NCBI GenBank assembly: GCA_012295275.1
Contig: CM022674.1
Coordinates: 8,432,001-8,496,000, forward strand
Direction of reading: 5' to 3'
DNA from: Chrysomallon squamiferum
Taxonomy: Eukaryota; Animalia; Mollusca
Length of the DNA stretch: 64,000 bases
Positions within the stretch are counted from its first letter, which is position 1. Each line of letters opens with the position of its first letter. The position numbers were made by a program, and so were the translations under genes. Of the stretch, positions 11,974-23,971 are shown piece by piece. Below the pieces are notes generated by a model. It was not told the DNA's origin and ran no database searches. It saw nothing but the letters and a program-made list of their open reading frames with translations.

Positions 11974-13128
11974 TTATAATAGTGGAATCCAGTGTGGCGG
12001 GAAATGGTCAGATTTCTTAAAAACATTACTCCAGAATTTATTCTTTTCATCATATGGATTTTTATAATACACGACTACACCACCTGACAGATAACTACCC
12101 CACCATCCAAATGTACCCACTGTCATAATACTGTGATCGCACAGAGACAATATGGCCATGTCTATTTCCGGCGGATTTCTTTCAGTGATTAGTTCCATCC
12201 AAAGGTCTGTTTTTATATTTTCCTCAACCCAACTTATTGTGTCGCTACAAACAATAAAGACACAATTTGAAAAATTCGACTGAAAATACATCATTGCTCT
12301 TTCTATGTATTCTCTTGAAGCCAAGTAATTTCCCGTATTGCGAGCTAGTTCCGAATCCTTGTCGCCTCTCCTAACATGCACTCCTATTAGACTTATCTTC
12401 CCAGAAGTCTTTGATTTATATTTTTGGCGAATCGTATTAATTCTCTTTTCTGCAACTGACTTAACACGATCTCTGAATCTTAACTGTCGACGAATATTCG
12501 ATTCCACATTACTGAAATATCTCCACGACTGTAGCAAATTATCTATAGTATAATTAAAATGTCGAGGCATCTTGAGAAATGTTTCGTCATACATACAACA
12601 TTTTTCTGATGTTATTCTTTTAAAACTTTTGAACATGTTGCGATCAGTAAATGTTTTGGCTTCCAACCAGAATATATTTATAAGTGGATTGTCCGCAGAC
12701 AATGCTACCGTCATGTTCTTGCTGTGGGCAATGCCGACAAGTGACGCATACGCATACATTTTATTACCAAGACCGACGTTGTTCAGTTTTACAGGTGCGA
12801 GATAGTAATTGCTGGTTTTATCGTTGCTGTTTTCATGAGATTTCACTTTACTGACATAGTCTTTTGATGGATATTTCATAGTTATCTGACCATTGTTTAA
12901 CGGTGTAACTAGATCAGGTTTGTTGTAGTATACGAGGCAGTTGTTAATAGTCACCATAACACCAATTAGAACACACGTCAGCAGATAAACTGAAATAAAT
13001 AAATAAATTAATTAATTAAGAGCATTGATAAATAATTTTAAAATTAGAACGATGTAAGTAAAAAATTATAAATTAATTTATTCATTCATACATCAAACGT
13101 ACTTACACAATAACCTCTTCGGGCACAT
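11974..13128 (-). CDS. Galactoside alpha-1,2-fucosyltransferase (GT11, FUT1/FUT2-like), intact copy, 345 aa
   Basis: Exon 13128-13107 (ATGTGCCCGAAGAGGTTATTGT|gtaagt) splices to 12989-11974, adding a type II signal-anchor MCPKRLLFYLLTCVLIGVMVTI. GT11 motifs present: GLGNKMYAYASL, GVHVRRGD, CSDTISW, DMAILSLCDHSIMTVGTFGWWGSYL. Confidence 0.93.
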
Positions 13129-13363
13129 CTCTTCAAAAGAAAATAATAACTAGGTCTGATCAGGCGATCTGTAAGACAGAAACTATTTTTTTACATACAT
13201 TTTATCACAACAACAACAATCAACAATAATAAATTACAGAAGTGCCGAAGTATTTGGGTTCAGAGGCGGTCCAGATTTCCGGATACATGCTAAATATTAC
13301 TTTAGTATAAATTAATGAATAAAATTTTATTTAACGGATACAAATTAATACAATTCTGGAGCA

Positions 13364-13394
<31 letters not shown>

Positions 13395-14073
13395 TAGTGC
13401 ACCCTTATAAAACCGCCCCCACCGATATGGAAGAAAAAAGTTGCAAGTTATAGTCTGAAAACTACGTTAATGTAGGTTAAAACAGGTAAATATAAACCCA
13501 ACATAATTGTAAATTCAGCTGAAATGCTTTACTACACCAGGCGTTTTAATTTTTAACGTATTATTTATATGATGATCAGTTGCGGAGGGTGGTGTTTATT
13601 AGTGTTAGTTTTATTTTTCATTTTCTGGTTAAGGTTTATGGCGATGAATGGAAGGAGAAACCGACTCACTGCACTCAGTGTATTGAACTGGAGAAAGATA
13701 CTGAATTATTGTGTTCATCTGCTGATGACGTGATGTCCTCCCAAAAGACAGACGTCCCATTACGCAGACGCAATAAATATCCCAATACACTTTTGAGCGC
13801 ATTGCCGTTACCTTGAATAATACATTAGTACATGATGAAATAGTCTGATCTATAAATAAAACTGATTTTATATAATTTTATTTTCTGTTCTGTATTTGGT
13901 TGTGAAGTGAAGTGAAAAAACTTAACGTGCTAATCAGAGCGAGCTGTTGTGAAGCACGAGTACGACATGCACGCTTTCTGACAGGTCAGCGGGCGTGTCC
14001 GTCGCAGAATTTAAATACCTTGCACCTTGAAAAAAATTAACGTGGTAATCAGAGCAAGCTGTTGTGATTACAA

Positions 14074-14318
14074 AATGCCAGCCTTTTTATAACAACGCCT
14101 TGGAGTTGAAACATTTGTGGAAACAATAAAAAAAAGCAGATTTGATTGTAGTAATAATTAAAGTCACGCATTTTCAATTTCATAGCTTAAAAATAAAAGA
14201 GCGGATGTGATTTGAAGTAACAATTAAAGTTACACAATCTGAATTCATCGCTTAAAAATAAAAAGAGTGGATCTGATTGAAGTAACAAACTTGGTTACGC
14301 AATCTGAATTCCGTGACA
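14074..14318 (+). mobile_element. Internal fragment of the MITE family with ~60-bp subrepeats (also ~17368-17614)
   Basis: AATGCCAGCCTTTTTATAACAACG...AAAAATAAAAGAGCGGAT...GTTACGCAATCTGAATTCCGTGAC resembles 5135-5290 and 18942-19190. Confidence 0.55.
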
Positions 14319-15263
14319 TGTCCCTCCAGAAATTTAGAACATTTAGCATACCTATGGTTTGGAAATTTTCTGATATCACATGACACATAATAATAATAAT
14401 AATAATGAAGAACAATGGCATATCATGCATATGAAAGTTTTTGTTAAACAATGGCATATAATACATATGAAAGTTTTTGTCAACAATGGCATGTAATACA
14501 TATGAAACTTTTTGTCAAACGATATATAAAATAAAAAATAACGTTATCAGTGTCTCAGCTTCAGTAACATATTATTTCCCTGGTTCGCCATGAGTTGATC
14601 AGTAGACATCATCAAGTCCATAGCCTGGGCGGTCTATCCCACTGTGATCTTCTTAAATAGACTGCCCCGGAATCAATTCATTACATCCTCAGCCAGCTGG
14701 TGTTTGTGTGCTGCATTACAGGAGCTGAACAGAGCATATTCCTTCATTCGTGGAAGGCTTGAGAACATCTTTTATTTCCAATCCTGGGTGGTGACGCGGT
14801 CAGAACTTGGCGCCTCAGGGAACAATTTAGGGAACTTCGTATTCATTTTTTATTTTTCGTTTTGTCTCTCCCTTTCTGGTCCAACTTAGATTGACTGTTA
14901 GTCAGCCGAATGTCGGACTTTTCACCTGGTTGATGTGCAGACATTTCCATCTGGTCACCTTCCACACTCATCGTTGGATTCAAGAGATGAATGCCAGTCT
15001 GATTATCACTGACTGATATTGAGTACAGGCGAAGGTCTTGTAGGGATTCTCAAAATGGAATCAGACTTTGAAAAAAATAAAACGATAACTAAAGTTCGGC
15101 TAATTACAATAACCTGGTAATATCAATGTAGCAACTTTACAGCATTTTCGCTGGTGTCATGGCAACTTGCTTAATCTGAAGTACGTAGAAGTAATATTGT
15201 TTTATTGTCAAATACGATGCAAAATGAATATGTTGCTTGATGGTTTATTCTTGTTTAACGTCT

Positions 15264-16419
15264 TTATAGTAGTGGAATCCAGTGTGGCGGGAAATGGTCA
15301 GATTTCTTAAAAACTTTACTCCAGAATTTATTCTTTTCATCATATAGATTTTTATAATACACGACTACACCACCTGACAGATAACTACCCCACCATCCAA
15401 ATGTACCCACTGTCATAATACTGTGATCGCACAGAGACAATATGGCCATGTCTATTTCCGGCGGATTTCTTTCAGTGATTAGTTCCATCCAAAGGTCTGT
15501 TTTTATATTTTCCTCAACCCAACTTATTGTGTCGCTACAAACAATAAAGACACAATTTGAAAAATTCGACTGAAAATACATCATTGCTCTTTCTATGTAT
15601 TCTCTTGAAGCCAAGTAATTTCCCGTATTGCGAGCTAGTTCCGAATCCTTGTCGCCTCTCTAACATGCACTCCTATTAGACTTATCTTCCCAGAAGTCTT
15701 TGATTTATATTTTTTTGGCGAATCGTATTAATTCTCTTTTCTGCAACTGACTTAACACGATCTCTGAATCTTAACTGTCGACGAATATTCGATTCCACAT
15801 TACTGAAATATCTCCACGACTGTAGCAAATTATCTATAGTATAATTAAAATGTCGAGGCATCTTGAGAAATGTTTCGTCATACATACAACATTTTTCTGA
15901 TGTTATTCTTTTAAAACTTTTGAACATGTTGCGATCAGTAAATGTTTTGGCTTCCAACCAGAATATATTTATAAGTGGATTGTCCGCAGACAATGCTACC
16001 GTCATGTTCTTGCTGTGGGCAATGCCGACAAGTGACGCATACGCATACATTTTATTACCAAGACCGACGTTGTTCAGTTTGACAGGTGCGAGATAGTAAT
16101 TGCTGGTTTTATCATTGCTGTTTTCATGAGATTTCACTTTACTGACATAGTCTTTTGATGGATATTTCATACTTATCTGACCGTTGTTTAACGGTATAAC
16201 TAGATCAGGTTTGTTGTAGTATACGAGGCAGTTGTTAATAGTCACCATAACACCAATTAGAACACACGTCAGCAGATAAACTGAAATAAATAAATAAATT
16301 AATTAATTAAGAGCATTGATAAATAATTTTAAAATTAGAACGATGTAAGTAAAAAATTATAAATTAATTTATTCATTCATACATCAAACGTACTTACACA
16401 ATAACCTCTTCGGGCACAT
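15264..16419 (-). pseudogene. GT11 fucosyltransferase copy 3, frameshifted (possibly by sequencing error)
   Basis: Exons 16419-16398 and 16280-15264. +2 A in the CAAAAA tract (~15710) and -1 G in the HVRRGD codons (~15660); both lesions are in homopolymers. Confidence 0.8.
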
Positions 16420-18559
16420 CTCTTCAAAAGAAAATAATAACTAGGTCTGATCAGGCGATCTGTAAGACAGAAACTATTTTTTTACATACATTTTATCACA
16501 ACAACAACAATCAACAATAATAAATTACAGAAGTGCCGAAGTATTTGGGTTCAGAGGCGGTCCAGATTTCCGGATACATGCTAAATATTACTTTAGTATA
16601 AATTAATGAATAAAATTTTATTTAACGGATACAAATTAATACAATTCTGGAGCAGTAGATATATATATATATATATATATATATAGATAGTGCACCCTTA
16701 TAAAACCGCCCCCACCGATATGGAAGAAAAAAAAGTTGCAAGTTATAGTCTGAAAACTACGTTAATGTAGGTTAAAACAGGTAAATATAAACCCAACATA
16801 ATTGTAAATTCAGCTGAAATGCTTTACTACACCAGGCGTTTTAATTTTTAACGTATTATTTATATGATGATCAGTTGCGGAGGGTGGTGTTTATTAGTGT
16901 TAGTTTTATTTTTCATTTTCTGGTTAAGGTTTATGGCGATGAATGGAAGGAGAAACCGACTCACTGCACTCAGTGTATTGAACTGGAGAAAGATACTGAA
17001 TTATTGTGTTCATCTGCTGATGACGTGATGTCCTCCCAAAAGACAGACGTCCCATTACGCAGACGCAATAAATATCCCAATACACTTTTGAGCGCATTGC
17101 CGTTACCTTGAATAATACATTAGTACATGATGAAATAGTCTGATCTATAAATAAAACTGATTTTATATAATTTTATTTTCTGTTCTGTATTTGGTTGTGA
17201 AGTGAAGTGAAAAAACTTAACGTGCTAATCAGAGCGAGCTGTTGTGAAGCACGAGTACGACATGCACGCTTTCTGACAGGTCAGCGGGCGTGTCCGTCGC
17301 AGAATTTAAATACCTTGCACCTTGAAAAAAAATTAACGTGGTAATCAGAGCAAGCTGTTGTGATTACAAAATGCCAGCCTTTTTATAACAACGCCTTGGA
17401 GTTGAAACATTTGTGGAAACAATAAAAAAAAGCAGATTTGATTGTAGTAATAATTGAAGTCACGCATTTTCAATTTCATAGCTTAAAAATAAAAGAGCGG
17501 ATGTGATTTGAAGTAACAATTAAAGTTACACAATCTGAATTCATCGCTTAAAAATAAAAAGAGTGGATCTGATTGAAGTAACAAACTTGGTTACGCAATC
17601 TGAATTCCGTGACATGTCCCTCCAGAAATTTAGAACATTTAGCATACCTATGGTTTGGAAATTTTCTGATATCACATGACACATAATAATAATAATAATA
17701 ATGAAGAACAATGGCATATCATGCATATGAAAGTTTTTGTTAAACAATGGCATATAATACATATGAAAGTTTTTGTCAACAATGGCATGTAATACATATG
17801 AAACTTTTTGTCAAACGATATATAAAATAAAAAATAACGTTATCAGTGTCTCAGCTTCAGTAACATATTATTTCCCTGGTTCGCCATGAGTTGATCAGTA
17901 GACATCATCAAGTCCATAGCCTGGGCGGTCTATCCCACTGTGATCTTCTTAAATAGACTGCCCCGGAATCAATTCATTACATCCTCAGCCAGCTGGTGTT
18001 TGTGTGCTGCATTACAGGAGCTGAACAGAGCATATTCCTTCATTCATGGAAGGCTTGAGAACATCTTTCATTTCCCATCCTGTTTGGTGACGCGGTCAGA
18101 ACTTGGCGCCTCAGGGAACAATTTAGGGAACTTCGTATTCATTTTTTATTTTTCGTTTTGTCTCTCCCTTTCTGGTCCAACTTAGATTGACTGTTAGTCA
18201 GCCGAATGTCGGACTTTTCACCTGGTTGATGTGCAGACATTTCCATCTGGTCACCTTCCACACTCATCGTTGGATTCAAGAGATGAATGCCAGTCTGATT
18301 ATCACTGACTGATATTGAGTACAGGCGAAGGTCTTGTAGGGATTCTCAAAATGGAATCAGACTTTGAAAAAAATAAAACGATAACTAAAGTTCGGCTAAT
18401 TACAATAACCTGGTAATATCAATGTAGCAACTTTACAGCATTTTCGCTGGTGTCATGGCAACTTGCTTAATCTGAAGTACGTAGAAGTAATATTGTTTTA
18501 TTGTCAAATACGATGCAAAATGAATATGTTGCTTGATGGTTTATTCTTGTTTAACGTCT

Positions 18560-18870
18560 TTATAGTAGTGGAATCCAGTGTGGCGGGAAATGGTCAGATT
18601 TCTTAAAAACTTTACTCCAGAATTTATTCTTTTCATCATATCGATTTTTATAATACACGACTACACCACCTGACAGATAACTACCCCACCATCCAAATGT
18701 ACCCACTGTCATAATACTGTGATCGCACAGAGACAATATGGCCATGTCTATTTCCGGCGGATTTCTTTCAGTGATTAGTTCCATCCAAAGGTCTGTTTTT
18801 ATGTTTTCCTCAACCCAACTTATTGTGTCGCTACAAACAATAAAGACACAATTTGAAAAATTCGACTGAA
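18560..18870 (-). pseudogene. GT11 fucosyltransferase copy 4, C-terminal fragment only
   Basis: Identity to the other copies stops abruptly at TTCGACTGAA (18870), where MITE-like sequence begins. Confidence 0.9.
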
Positions 18871-19195
18871 CTTTTGTTTTGCCCGTTTCCTTGGCTCTCG
18901 CTTACTTCTTTTACTTCTCTTCTCTTCGCTCTTTAATTACCGAATGCCAGCCTTTTTATATCAACCCCATGGAGTTGAAAAATTTGCGGAAACAATAAAA
19001 AGAGCAGATTTGATTATAGTAATAATTAATGTTACACAATTTCAATTCCATAACTTAAAAATAAAAGAGCGGATATGATTTGAAGTAACAATTAAAGTTA
19101 CACAATCTGAATTCATCGCTTAAAAATAAAAGGAGCGGATCTGATTGAAGTAACAAATTTGGTTACGCATTCTGAATTCCGTGATATCGACATCA
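18865..19195 (+). mobile_element. Left part of a MITE-family element fused to truncated copy 4
   Basis: GACTGAACTTTTGTTTTGCCC...CTTCGCTCTTTAATTACCGAATGCCAGCCTTTTTATATCAAC parallels the MITE left end GACTGAGCTCTCGTTTTGGCC...TTTCGCTGCTTAATTACCAAGTGCCAGCCCTTTTAAAACAAC. Confidence 0.6.
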
Positions 19196-19199
19196 GCTC

Positions 19200-20360
19200 T
19201 AGTCTGTGGTAGGATGGGTATCAGAACTCGTCTCTATATGTACAGTGCACTGCTCATACTGCGAAAGGAAGGCATATGAGGACAGTTTCTTTGCTTGCTT
19301 TGCAAATGGAAACCCGTCCAGTATTATTTGTGCTCTACCTTTTTGTTTTCTGAACAAATTCTACCCTTCTAAGATCAGCCATGACTACAAAATTTGAATT
19401 ATTTTTGGTAGGTACATGTAGTTAATGCATAAGAACTTTTATAATGTTGTGTCTGTGATTAGCTACTGTTTAAATCCATGATCAGTGAAATACAAGACAT
19501 CGGTCGTCAGAGACATAATAATCACTGGTATAGAAACAATGTCTGTCTGAAGTGAAATGTTGCAGCGGAGAAGCCCATGAGCTAAACTCTAAACAAACCG
19601 ACTTCATAAAACACAGTATCTTTACATTTGTTAATTCCGTTTAGCAAATTACAATTAAGTTGTCCTAGTTACTTGTGATGAATAACAGCAACAACAGACT
19701 GGAGCAGTACCACTGAAGCAGTCAGGGGTGTACAGGATACATTACATGACCCAATAAACAGTTTTGTCTCTCAAATGGCATGTCTTATTATGGGATGTCT
19801 GTCTTTTGGAAGAGAACCGATGACGTGGCAGAATCTGTTAAGGAATAAAGGAAATCTCGCTGATTTGACTAAATCTAATAGTTTCAGGAAGACTGTGAAA
19901 ACCGAAAAAAAAAAACTTGAAATTGATGTCGTAAATTGTGAAATAATAAAACAGAGAGAAAAAAAAAAAAAAAAAAGTTGTTTTGCGAGTTGCATGTTTG
20001 GTAGATATGGACCCCTCTTAACATATCTTGTTACCACCCTTACTGCTATGAATAACGTCCATATTAAACATACTTCTGATATTAGAACAAGCTGCAGAAT
20101 ATATATAGTGAAACATATTTTAACCTGGGACATTTTATAAACCATTTACAATAGGAAGCCCTTAGTTTAAATCTATCCTAATCTGTAAGCTAAACCCAAA
20201 CTAGACCCAATATGAAGCCCTTTTCTTTAATCTAGCCTAATCAATAAGCTTAACAATTACCTCGTGCATATTATGATGCCATATTCAGTACTCTACAAAC
20301 CCATACATTTTGTGACTTTTTTCCTATGACTTTTTTCTGTCACTTTTTTCCAGTCATCGG
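19200..20360 (-). mobile_element. Possible degenerate Mutator-like (MULE) fragment
   Basis: Three GAAAAAAGT(C/G)A repeats at 20314-20352. A frameshifted minus-strand peptide MADLRRVEFVQ/KQKGRAQIILDGFPFAKQ...CTVHIETS (19383-19200) resembles the start of a FLYWCH domain. Confidence 0.3.
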
Positions 20361-21170
20361 ATTATTAACTGAATAAGAACAAAGGATCCTACACGACAAC
20401 TTTTTGTGAAGCAATACTTCTGTGTTCATATTTCTGGCAATCTGCCTTACTTGTCATCATAGTCCTGTCCACTCCAAGAATAAAACTGCAGTTTAAAACG
20501 CCAAAATAAATTCACTTATTATTATTATTTTTTATTATTATTATTACTATAATCCTACATGTATGCCGTGCAGCTTAGTCAAGGCAAAAGTTTGTACTAA
20601 CAAACATGACTAAAACATGACTAAGAAAAACAAAAATACAACCCACTTTGTGGTGACTGAGTTTGCTTAGAAATGGTTTGGAAATTTGGATTTGTGGGCT
20701 ATGGAAAGTTTTGGAAAAGTTATTGAAATTTTGACAGCCCAAGGTTTACGAACCCTGGATTGCTTCACTAATTCTTAATAATGTATAGAGGATGACAAAC
20801 ACAACCAGTAGCAGTAATCATCATCAAACAAATTTGACAAACATATTACATTTCAAATGATATTAGATCTTTCAGTAATATATCTCATGGGGAAAAATTA
20901 AATTTCGTTAATAATAGATGTTCATTAAATCGATATTGTAATGAAAATAAAGTGAGATCACGTGACCAGAAAGTTGAACATGAAGTTGTTTCTTGTATAT
21001 TCGCTGTTAATTAACTTACAGACTAAACAGTCGTCTTTGACAAACTAGTTCTTGTTAATGATCCCAGGTACACTGCATTACTCTTCTTCTTTTTTTTCTC
21101 GTAAATAATCCACACTTAAAGTATATCCTAATCCACGATTTTAAATACACATTATCTGATGAACATGTAG

Positions 21171-21535
21171 CCTTCCATACGACGATACTGTGTTAATTTA
21201 TTATATTACTTTTTATATATTTTCTGTATTCTGTTAATGATCTTAGAGCTCGTAACACCGTAATATTATCTTAATACATGGAAATGAAATTTTCTGTTAA
21301 TCAATATCTCCTCACAGTGATCAATCGATTCACTTAGTTTGAAAGAAAATTTGAAAGTTAAACAGAACTTGTTTTTTTTTTTTTTTTTGTGGGTATATTA
21401 ACTGAATTGACTGATTTGTTTTTAGATTAAGTGAATCGATCACAGTGATGATACAGAGAATATAATAGTGCCGTGAGCTGAAGATCATTAACAGAATACT
21501 GAAAAAATCTGAACACAGTAATATTCTATGGAACG
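21171..21535. mobile_element. Foldback/MITE-like element with long imperfect inverted repeats
   Basis: GTATTCTGTTAATGATCTT (21227) is the reverse complement of AAGATCATTAACAGAATAC (21481). ATCGATTCACTTA pairs with TAAGTGAATCGAT, ACTGTGTT with AACACAGT, and TTCCATA with TATGGAA. Confidence 0.75.
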
Positions 21536-21696
21536 TCTTTATTAAATTTTCAAAGTTTCGTCACGCCTATTGCGCTTCCCTTGTGTTGAAATACAAAGCC
21601 GCGTTTTATTAAGTACGGTCGGGTCAGAGTGTTACTGAAATCAGTTTGGATGCGCAATAAAGATAACACGGCAATAGTATTTTGTTGCAAAAATAA

Positions 21697-21750
<54 letters not shown>

Positions 21751-23714
21751 AATAAGTTATATGTCTTATACCTTTCGGTTGCACGTGGCGATTTACACAT
21801 ACACAAACTATCAAGGGTTTTTATCTGTTACATGGTGTTTATTTAATTAATTATTTATTTATTTGATTATTTATTATTAACATCAAGCAAAATAAAAACA
21901 GGTTTAAAATTAAAATAATAATAATAATAACTGTGATTTTTACCATAAACCTTACTTGATGGTGGTTTTTTGCCGTGTTCTCTCCTAGCTGAGTCTCCAG
22001 TGTGCTCGCTTTATCACTGTTCTAAAGTCTTCATGAAGTTGATCTGTTTGTATTCACAGAGAAAGATTTTCTTTGTTTTGTTTTGTTTACAACCACGACA
22101 ACAACAACACAAAAACAGGCTCACTGTGAATCCACAAAAGATAGATTTATGTGAACGATGAAGTTGTCCTTCTAAAATATGCCCTGATCACAGATTTCCG
22201 TTACTGTAAACAGTTTTTTCACATCTGAATGAAGTAAATGTCACCGATGTATATCGTGTAAGATCTAAGAAATGCAGTAGAAATGGAAAAAAAGAGAGAA
22301 TTAAACAGAACATTATGTCTCCTCGAAAAAATCTGAAATATGTTAAAAGCAGAACGACATCAACACCAACGAAGATGCTTTGTCATTGACGGCTTCGTCA
22401 CACTCTAGAAAGCACACGTTTTGACCAAATTGAATTCCCTGACCCATTTCAAATTCGGTCAAAAAATAATTTATAAGTAATAGCTGTTTAAAAAATTATT
22501 TATTCAACATGTATAAATTGTAATGTATAAATGGAACAAAGTCCACTGTTGTATACACTGTTGCTAACAATGCTGAGATAATGAAGTGGCTGCGTAGATT
22601 TGTTTCACTTAATTCATTATGTATGAATTTCATATGAGGTTCTTTTCAATAGTGTTGTGTCACTAGTAGTATATATGTGTGTGTATATCTATTATATATG
22701 CTCTATGTTTGAGAGAGTGAGCACATATAATAGATATATATACACAGATATGAAAGGGGGAGTGTTTGGGTGTGTTTCAGTTTATCATATATTCATATTT
22801 TCTGAACAATTCCTGTCCATTCGAAATGTTTTCTTTAACACTGTCAGGTGGGCATTATATATTTTGTCACTGATAATGATTAATCGCGCCGGCTTCTTCA
22901 TTGTTGATGGTAGTTATATATTCAGCGGAATTGAATTCGTTCCAAGTGTATAGGCTTATTTATGAAATCACACAAAAGGTTTCTATTCTTAAATGTTTTT
23001 GATTGATACTTAGATATGTTAGTTTGTGTTAGTCATGTATGTTTTTATGAATGTGTTTGTGTGTGGGTGTGTGTTAAGACGGTTATTACCTAGATTAATT
23101 TTCACTGTGATAGACAATTTAAAGTTTTTCTATTAAAATGTTTACATATATATTACAGACTTAATACACATTTATTACTTTATTTGTTCTTAGTAATTTT
23201 ATCAAATTAAAATAAATCGGATTAGTCATTAAAGCTAAATAATAATAAAAAAAATTGTAGTTGGCAGTTGGCGGTTGTTTATTTAATTTTACATGGTCGG
23301 TAAAATTCATCAGTATCTTGATACAAACACTTTAATAACGTGTATGAATTCCATTACGGCACTAGTTGGAGTGACATCATCATAATCTGAAAATATGAAT
23401 TCATTCATGATTCAGTGGAAAAGTTATTGGTACTATATCAGTGTACATTAATATTAACATATACTCTTCTAAATAATGCACAACCTGTAAGTATCCATAA
23501 AGTGTAGCCAAAAGCACAGACTTCAAGTTTTTGGAATCACAGGTAGTCTTTTGTATAATTTTATCATAATTACGTTTATATTCCTGGTTGTATGTGGTTT
23601 TGACGCCACAGGACAGTTTGTTCCTATGACAGAGATATTATTAGTCACTTATTTCATTCCCTTCAACGTCTACCACCTCCTCCCTCCCGTTTCATACGCG
23701 CAGGTGGAGGTGGA

Positions 23715-23718
<4 letters not shown>

Positions 23719-23801
<83 letters not shown>
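23719..23801. repeat. (GA)n microsatellite upstream of AGXT
   Basis: About 41 perfect GA units ending ~170 bp before the AGXT ATG. Confidence 0.97.
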
Positions 23802-23803
<2 letters not shown>

Positions 23804-23971
23804 GATCTTTAACTCAGTTAAAACACTGTATCTTCTTATCATCACTGTCATAATAGAAACTGTTTATTTATTTGTTCATTTGTTTGTTTGCAGCTTTGTG
23901 TCGTTGGGTTGGGGGTTCATTTGTCAAACGTTATTCGCGAATAAAACCGAATTTACCACAGAAATAAAAGA

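Larger units (their letters stand above)
11696..18870. repeat. Head-to-tail tandem duplication, ~3.29 kb unit, two full copies plus one partial
   Basis: Fucosyltransferase stop codons at 11974, 15264 and 18560 (spacings 3290 and 3296). Identical junction CGTTGGATTCAAGAGATGAATGCCAG at ~14986 and ~18282. A related copy spans ~4988-8360. Confidence 0.95.

Noticed and set aside
11974-12957. GT11 gene as bacterial horizontal transfer or contamination
   Set aside because: It has a spliceosomal intron and a type II membrane anchor and is embedded in host repeats; animal FUT1/2-like genes commonly have a single large catalytic exon.
13580-13816. Repeated + strand ORF MRRVVFISVSFIFHFLVKVYG... resembling a secreted peptide (also 7539 and 16875)
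   Set aside because: It starts at TTG rather than ATG, recurs only because of the duplication, and its C-terminus differs in copy 1.
23551-23851. ORFs with poly-ER or poly-SL tracts
   Set aside because: Translations of the (GA)n microsatellite.
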